From NCBI GenBank assembly GCA_963827755.1, contig CAWHCQ010000014.1, positions 1 to 64,000 on the forward strand: a DNA stretch of 64,000 nt, given 5' to 3'. The notes below the pieces were generated by a model, which saw nothing but the letters and a program-made list of their open reading frames with translations, did no database searches and was not told the DNA's origin. The position numbers and the translations under genes were made by a program. The DNA comes from an uncultured Gammaproteobacteria bacterium (GTDB lineage: Bacteria > Pseudomonadota > Gammaproteobacteria > UBA9214). Below are positions 58,256 through 64,000 of the stretch, one piece after another. Each line of letters opens with the position of its first letter. Position 1 is the stretch's first letter.

Positions 58256-58472
58256 ATATCTACAGGGTATCCCCGATCTGCTGCCATTATCAAGCAGCGC
58301 TGCTTTAGCTATCGGCAGGGCGAGGCGTGTATTGACTTTAGCGGCCGATGGCAGTTCCCCGAATAGTGATAATATTTTTATAAAAGTTGCATAAACTATT
58401 GTTAATAAATATTAATTAATGGTGATATGGGATCAGGATACCAGACCTGCAGTGTGGCAGTACACCCGGCGC

Positions 58473-58525
58473 AAAAAAATACCCCGGGGCAGATATACGC
58501 TGTTCTGTATATCTGCCACCAGGGT
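58473..58525 (-). terminator. Intrinsic terminator after the metallophosphoesterase gene
   Basis: Stem GGCAGATATAC / GTATATCTGCC extended by ACCC/GGGT, followed by T7 on the minus strand (A7 at 58473-58479). Confidence 0.7.
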
Positions 58526-58561
58526 GTGTGCAATTACAGGAAACTTCAGATCCTGTTTTTA

Positions 58562-60742
58562 TTAACCATCGATGATCCCGGAGAAGAACTTTGGACCGGC
58601 ACCGAACGGTGGTTGAACCAGGGTGTCATCCGGCGTGTTGTCCGGCTGGCCAATCTGATCGGCCTCGGGTTCCGTGGGATTACCCACGAGGGTCGAATCC
58701 ACCGTTGTCACACGGGGATCGCCGACGCCGAATTGTGTCCCGACAACCTTTCTATCCGTCAGGTTGTCCAGGAACAGGCGCATGGCATGTACCGGGTGCA
58801 GGAAGTTGTTCGGCGCGACCTGCTTGACCATCGGTCCGGTAATGATATTCATGTCGTTGACCGGCATCTCAAGACTGATGGCGCTCTCGTAGTCGGTTCC
58901 ATCGGCAAGCGCAAAGAAGCGGAAATTGGCGCCGCCACCGGTACGGCAAACATCATCCAGAGGATTTCCGTGTCCATAACAGGAGGCGAAGACATAGCGT
59001 TTGCTCAGGTCCAGAGGTTGACCGCCGATTTTTGTTTCGACGACACGGCTGCCCGAACTGCTGAAAGGCCTGTTTTTCAGGTCGATTTTCTGTTCCATGT
59101 TGGCAAGGCCCAGGTACCAGCCACCACGTTGCATAAACACATTGCGGTCGAAAACAGCACCCAGAATCGTGTTCAGGCTGTTCTGGATGGCCTGGCCCGA
59201 GAAGTCCGCAATATTGACGGCGGGTGCGATCGGGAACCATGTGTACAGGTCGCGCAGTGTTATGTCCTGTCCCGGCAGTACCGCGTTACCGAAGCGGAAA
59301 CCGTTGGCCATGGACAGGTCCACACCATTCCAGCCGGGAATCCCGCTGCCGGGTGCAATCGGATCCGTCACTGCCAGGATAGCGTCCGCGATGAAATTAT
59401 TCAGCGTGTCTTCCAGAACGTGATGACGCAACAATAGGGTATCGGTCTCGCCTACAACGGTATCGAGTCCGTCGACGAGCTGCAGACCGCGAGCGTTGGT
59501 GTCGGTGCCAAAACCACCCGGCATGAAGGTATGTGGTACGAAATCAGGGCCGTCGAGGAAGGGCGCCTCGATGGACGCAACCAGCGCCAGCATATCCGTG
59601 TCCTCGTCAATGGAATCATCGACCGGGATATTCTCCCACTGGAAATCGACCACCTTGCCGTTTTTTACCTCCAGGTCGAGTCGGCCGACATACATATCGC
59701 GGTTTGTCTCGACGACAATGGCTGCTCCTTCACGCACGTGCTTGCGTTCACTGTTGGTAGGTGGCAGCCCCGGCGTGGTGCGGATGATCTCCTTATCAGT
59801 AGCCAGGAATGCCCCGAGGGTCGCTTCATGGGTATGCGCCGAGTACATTACGTCAATGTCCCTGAAGCTTTGCGCGATCTTGAGGTTCTGCGGCAGGCCG
59901 AGCTCGGACTGGACCACGATGAGGCAGTCGTAGTTGCAGTCTGGATCATTCTTGACCATCTCGATGATCCCGGGTAGTTCCTCGATGCCCTGGGTAAAAC
60001 GGAAGGTAATATTGAAGGCATCGGCCTGCTGCGGAACGATAGATGCCGTGAGACCGATGACGGCAATCTTGATGCCCTTGCGCTCGATAATCTTGTAGGG
60101 ATCAAGGACCCGCTGCCCCTGAAACATAGCCGGCAAGGGCGCTGCGTTGTAGAGATTGACTGCAACGGCCGGGAAATTTGCCTGGATGATACCCTGGCGT
60201 TCGCTGCAGGTACCTGCCGGAGCCCCGGTGCAATCCTCGTAACCGGCCATTACCGTGATATTGGGTGGCGGCGCCGGGAACGGTGGCCTGGTAGCGAAGC
60301 GGTTGCGGAACACGGCGGCGCCGTAACCGAAGTCCCAGTTACCCGGTGTGAATACGTCGATATCGAAGGTGTTCATCGCCTTCATCATTGCATCGCCGAC
60401 GGTGAACAGAGTCTCGGCACTGCCGTGGGTCAAGTCACCGGCGGAGAGCAGCACACTCCCGTCCGGATTATCCGCGCGGATGTCATCCACGAGCCACTTT
60501 AGCCTTGCCAGGCCGCCGGCATCGGCGACCTGTCGCTCGCTGCCATCGAGTTCGGTGAATACAGCGGCATGCGAGACGAGGGTGCCGTGCAGGTCACCCA
60601 TTTCGATGAGTGTGACAACATTCTTGCCTTTTTTCTTGCCATCTTTCTTGGCATAAGCGAGCCCGGGCGCGCTGGCCAGACTAAAGGATAGTGTGGCGAG
60701 CAGTGCCCACAGAAATCCCGTTTTATGGATTCGTGTAGTCAT
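58562..60742 (-). CDS. Periplasmic metallophosphoesterase, 5'-nucleotidase/SoxB-like
   Basis: Signal peptide; GDLHG, GGLARL, AGDLTHGS, PGNWDF, SAHTHE; 5'-nucleotidase C-terminal domain (NGFRFG, ITLRDLYTWFP). Confidence 0.8.
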   Translation of the reverse strand: MTTRIHKTGFLWALLATLSFSLASAPGLAYAKKDGKKKGKNVVTLIEMGDLHGTLVSHAAVFTELDGSERQVADAGGLARLKWLVDDIRADNPDGSVLLSAGDLTHGSAETLFTVGDAMMKAMNTFDIDVFTPGNWDFGYGAAVFRNRFATRPPFPAPPPNITVMAGYEDCTGAPAGTCSERQGIIQANFPAVAVNLYNAAPLPAMFQGQRVLDPYKIIERKGIKIAVIGLTASIVPQQADAFNITFRFTQGIEELPGIIEMVKNDPDCNYDCLIVVQSELGLPQNLKIAQSFRDIDVMYSAHTHEATLGAFLATDKEIIRTTPGLPPTNSERKHVREGAAIVVETNRDMYVGRLDLEVKNGKVVDFQWENIPVDDSIDEDTDMLALVASIEAPFLDGPDFVPHTFMPGGFGTDTNARGLQLVDGLDTVVGETDTLLLRHHVLEDTLNNFIADAILAVTDPIAPGSGIPGWNGVDLSMANGFRFGNAVLPGQDITLRDLYTWFPIAPAVNIADFSGQAIQNSLNTILGAVFDRNVFMQRGGWYLGLANMEQKIDLKNRPFSSSGSRVVETKIGGQPLDLSKRYVFASCYGHGNPLDDVCRTGGGANFRFFALADGTDYESAISLEMPVNDMNIITGPMVKQVAPNNFLHPVHAMRLFLDNLTDRKVVGTQFGVGDPRVTTVDSTLVGNPTEPEADQIGQPDNTPDDTLVQPPFGAGPKFFSGIIDG

Positions 60743-60988
60743 GAAATTTTCCTCGGTGAGATTCAGGTCGTGGTTTCCGGTTGTTGTTTTTTTATCCGGT
60801 AAGAGTGTTTATTTTTGACAGGTAGATTCTAGGCAAAGCATGCCCGCCGGGATATAGGCCGACTTCAGTGACACGGATGGGGAAACCCCTGAAGTAGGAT
60901 AGGGAAAAAACCGATTAGAAAATTATGATGATCTAATATTTGCGCAGAGGCGAGGCGGAATCTTTACAGGGCTTGTTCATAAGTGAGC

Positions 60989-62470
60989 TCAGAATACCCA
61001 GGTAAGCTGGGTCAGAAACCGGTTATCAACGGTGTTGACGATATTCCTGACGTTGCGGGTAATGTCGTCTGCCACGGCCTGGACAGGAAAGATTCCACCC
61101 GGAGCGCTGCCGGCATAGGCACGGGGTGCTTCCACATCCCTGAAGACGTAATTGACTGTGAGCCGCAGCTTGCGGCTGAAATGATAGTTCAAGCCCAGCG
61201 TGATATCGGTGAGTTCGCGCTCGTTGCCCTGGTTGACTGTTCTGGAGGTATCGTACAGCAGGTCATGGCGGTGATAACGCAGGTCAAATTGCCATTTATT
61301 GTTTGGGTAAAAGCCCAGGTCAAGGGTGTACCCGCGTGCCTTGTTGCCATCCTCGGCCGCAATCTGCAGGTTGCCGTTATCAATATTACCTTCAGCAACG
61401 CCGCCCGCCGGCGCGATAAAGATCATGCCATCGGCCTGCATGAGTTCAGCCCCAAGGCGATATTTGTATTCAGGTCCAAACAGCCGGCCCAGCGCCCTGG
61501 CTCCAATACCATAGCGGATACGGTCATAGTCCTTATGTGTCGGGTCTGAACTGAATTCACGTTCCCCGTGCTGGTACCAGCCATAGAATTTTATCCCGTT
61601 GCTATTGACCCCCCATCCGCCGGGCAGGCCATATTCAGCGGAGGTATAGAGATACAGCTCGGGAGTATCGTTGGTGGTATCTGTTTCATGGATGGCTTCC
61701 CCGCGGCCAAGCATGATGGCATATGACAAATCCCAGCCTTTCCTTTTGAAGGAGTCGAACACCTGCAATCCCCAGTCGCGTACGCCATTGGTACCATATG
61801 CGTGATTTTCCGGTACCCCCGGGACGGGTGATGCCGGTGACCCGGCCGGCTTCGCCGCACCCTTGACAAAACGTTCCAGTACTTCGCGAGCGACAAAATC
61901 GGTGAGTTCAACGTAATCGAGGGTATGCACACCCTGCAGGGCCTCTTCCGGCCCCGGTGTTTTGAACAGGCCGGCCCGCAGGCGTGCGCCGGTGACATGG
62001 TTGAATGTCACGCTGAGATGATCGAGGGCAACGGCACGGGCACGATCACCAAAGGGATCGTAGGTCAGCAGGTTCGGCGCTACCTCGAACAGGGTGAAAT
62101 AATTCATCTTCGCGGTGAAAGGGTTGCGCAGCCTGCCGGTGAACAGGCCGCGTACGCCGAACCGGGCGCGACGGACATGAAACCTGTCGCTCTCATCAAA
62201 CCAGGGGGCAACCGAGCTGATCGCGAGGCGTTCGCCATTATTGGCAGAGAAATCCGGCGGTCCCGGTGAATCGGTCAATCCGCTCAGTTTGTCGCTGCTG
62301 TCATGGCTATAGGCAGGCTGGATAAATCCCCAGGTTCGATGGGCGGGGGCGAGGGGATGTTCGGTCCCTTGCAGCACCAGCCAGTTTGCAGCAAGTGCCG
62401 CACCAGGATGTCCATGCAGAAGGTATAAACAGGTGGAAAGGCGAGCAAGCCATTTACAGGTTTGTTTCAT
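60989..62470 (-). CDS. Putative outer-membrane porin (OprO/OprP-like beta-barrel)
   Basis: Signal peptide; VRRARFGVRG, RLRAGLFKTP, RDWGLQVF, TLGLNYHF; C-terminal QLTWVF. Confidence 0.7.
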   Translation of the reverse strand: MKQTCKWLARLSTCLYLLHGHPGAALAANWLVLQGTEHPLAPAHRTWGFIQPAYSHDSSDKLSGLTDSPGPPDFSANNGERLAISSVAPWFDESDRFHVRRARFGVRGLFTGRLRNPFTAKMNYFTLFEVAPNLLTYDPFGDRARAVALDHLSVTFNHVTGARLRAGLFKTPGPEEALQGVHTLDYVELTDFVAREVLERFVKGAAKPAGSPASPVPGVPENHAYGTNGVRDWGLQVFDSFKRKGWDLSYAIMLGRGEAIHETDTTNDTPELYLYTSAEYGLPGGWGVNSNGIKFYGWYQHGEREFSSDPTHKDYDRIRYGIGARALGRLFGPEYKYRLGAELMQADGMIFIAPAGGVAEGNIDNGNLQIAAEDGNKARGYTLDLGFYPNNKWQFDLRYHRHDLLYDTSRTVNQGNERELTDITLGLNYHFSRKLRLTVNYVFRDVEAPRAYAGSAPGGIFPVQAVADDITRNVRNIVNTVDNRFLTQLTWVF

Positions 62471-62496
62471 GCGTTTCCGTTCAAAGACCGGATTCT

Positions 62497-63144
62497 TCAG
62501 GGGGTTATGATACCCAGTCGGATGGCAAGGCGTGTAAGGGCGGCGATGTCAGAGACGCCGAGTTTCTTCTTGACGCTGGTACAGTGATGTCCGACGGTTT
62601 TTGGGCTGAGGTTGAGGATTTTCGCGATGTCGTTGACCGACTTGCTGTCAGCGAGAAGATGAAACACCTCGAATTCCCTTGGAGACAAGCTGGAAACTGA
62701 ATCAGTTCCCGGGGCCGATTTTTGTTTTACCAGGTAGGGCATCATTTCCTGACCAACAAACAGTTCTCCTCTGGCAACCTTGCGTACCGCATCAACCATA
62801 ACCTGCGAGGCGCTGCGCTTTGAAATGTAGCCAAGTATCCCGGCATCAAGTGCCCGCTGCAGAAATACCTCGTTCTCGTGCACACTGAAAACCAGTATTT
62901 TCGCAGCAGCGTCTTTTGCCAGTATTCGCCGGCTGGCTTCCAGTCCCCCCATACCCGGCATCGAGAGATCCATCACCACTACATTCGGGTGATATTCGAA
63001 ATAGCCGGTATAGGCTTCCTCTCCGCTTGCCGCTTCCGCTATAACGGCAATCCCGTTTGTTGCTTCAAGCAAACGGCGATACCCGGAACGAACAACCTCG
63101 TGATCGTCCACCAGCAAAACACTGATATTGTTCCCGTTATTCAT
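62497..63144 (-). CDS. NarL/LuxR-family response regulator
   Basis: VLLVDDH, VMDLSMPG, GYISK; HTH LSPREFEVF...LSPKTV. Confidence 0.93.
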   Translation of the reverse strand: MNNGNNISVLLVDDHEVVRSGYRRLLEATNGIAVIAEAASGEEAYTGYFEYHPNVVVMDLSMPGMGGLEASRRILAKDAAAKILVFSVHENEVFLQRALDAGILGYISKRSASQVMVDAVRKVARGELFVGQEMMPYLVKQKSAPGTDSVSSLSPREFEVFHLLADSKSVNDIAKILNLSPKTVGHHCTSVKKKLGVSDIAALTRLAIRLGIITP

Positions 63145-64000
63145 CAGAGTATTTTTCGCCTGTCTACGGTTTTTTGACTCTCTTCAGGTATGTTTACAAG
63201 TATCGAAAGACCCTTGCCGGGTTCGGACTCCATGGAAAATTTGCCACCAAGGGCCTCGGCCCGTTCGCGCATCCCGATTAAACCCAGGCCGCTACCTGTT
63301 GCAGACAGGTCCATTCCCTTGCCATTATCTTTGACCCCCAGAACCAGGCCATCCGTGTTGATTGACAAGTCTATTGTAACCCGGGTGGCATCCGCATATT
63401 TTGCAATATTTGTCAGGCATTCCTGAACGATCCGGTAGATTGTGATATTGATTCTTTCTCCCGGGTTGGCAAGTTCGCCCGAGATATTAAACGTACATTT
63501 TGTCTTCGGATTTCTCTCTTGCCAGGCGGAGATTTCCTCCCGCAACGCATCAACCAGTCCGAGATCATCCAGGATGCCGGGGCGAAGCCGCTGCATCATC
63601 GAGTGAACAGTCTCGTAAATACGGGATGAGACTTGCAGGATTGCACTGGAACTGGCTGTGATACGTTCATCGCGCCCTTGTGACAGATCGCGAATGGATT
63701 CCGCATCGGCCTGAATGGCCGTGATGCACTGGCCGAGTTCATCATGCAGCTCACGCGCGAGGTGCTTGCGTTCCTCTTCCTGTACTGCCAGCGAGGTATG
63801 CACCAGTTGGCGGTTTTCCGCCAGTAATTTGCTTGCTTTTTTCTCCGCTTTTTCCAGCTGCTGCGAGCGGCTCGACACCTCGGTCACCATTTTGTTGAAG
63901 GCCCTGGCAGTCATGCCGACCTCATCCGCAGTCTCTACAGGTATATTTATCGAGTAGTTTCCACCCCCCACCTGTTGGGCTGCGTTTGACAATGCCCCAA
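63144..64000 (-). CDS. Sensor histidine kinase (HAMP + HisKA_3 + HATPase), 5' end outside the window
   Basis: HAMP (DEVGMTARAFNKM), EERKHLARELHDELGQ, QECLTNIAKYA, DNGKG, GLGLIGMRER. Confidence 0.9.
   Translation of the reverse strand, partial: GALSNAAQQVGGGNYSINIPVETADEVGMTARAFNKMVTEVSSRSQQLEKAEKKASKLLAENRQLVHTSLAVQEEERKHLARELHDELGQCITAIQADAESIRDLSQGRDERITASSSAILQVSSRIYETVHSMMQRLRPGILDDLGLVDALREEISAWQERNPKTKCTFNISGELANPGERINITIYRIVQECLTNIAKYADATRVTIDLSINTDGLVLGVKDNGKGMDLSATGSGLGLIGMRERAEALGGKFSMESEPGKGLSILVNIPEESQKTVDRRKIL

Noticed and set aside
58427-59437. 336-aa plus-strand ORF opposite the metallophosphoesterase
   Set aside because: Antisense shadow with no recognisable motifs; it also crosses a terminator hairpin.

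Overview
Probably gammaproteobacterial DNA, with many single-base indels that look like long-read or assembly errors. It has four parts. (1) A gamma-glutamyltransferase gene (136-1677). (2) An ~11 kb accessory region (1680-12840) ending at a tyrosine integrase next to tRNA-Val(CAC). It holds a group II twintron (an RT-encoding intron inside domain VI of an ORF-less intron) and three cargo segments (methyltransferase, DUF748-like protein, porin plus a nadC 3' fragment), separated by four clusters of co-oriented, degenerate ~30-nt hairpin repeats. The outer intron sits inside one of these repeats. (3) A ~39 kb co-directional locus (13144-52072): GAF-MFP, PqqD-like/M50-peptidase/MFP fusion, C-terminally truncated SecA-like ATPase, a third MFP, a ~9,500-aa LEPR-XLL/DUF4347 repetitive giant protein with 39 copies of a 126-aa repeat and a C-terminal hydrophobic motif, a PAS-GGDEF-GGDEF-EAL protein and a PilZ protein. 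This is the best candidate for an undescribed system: a possible export/anchoring/release machine with no ABC transporter. (4) A cusCBA-type copper efflux operon with a Cys/His-rich upstream ORF, a 5'-nucleotidase/SoxB-like metallophosphoesterase, a porin and a NarL-type two-component system. All family assignments come from motif recognition by eye; no searches were run.
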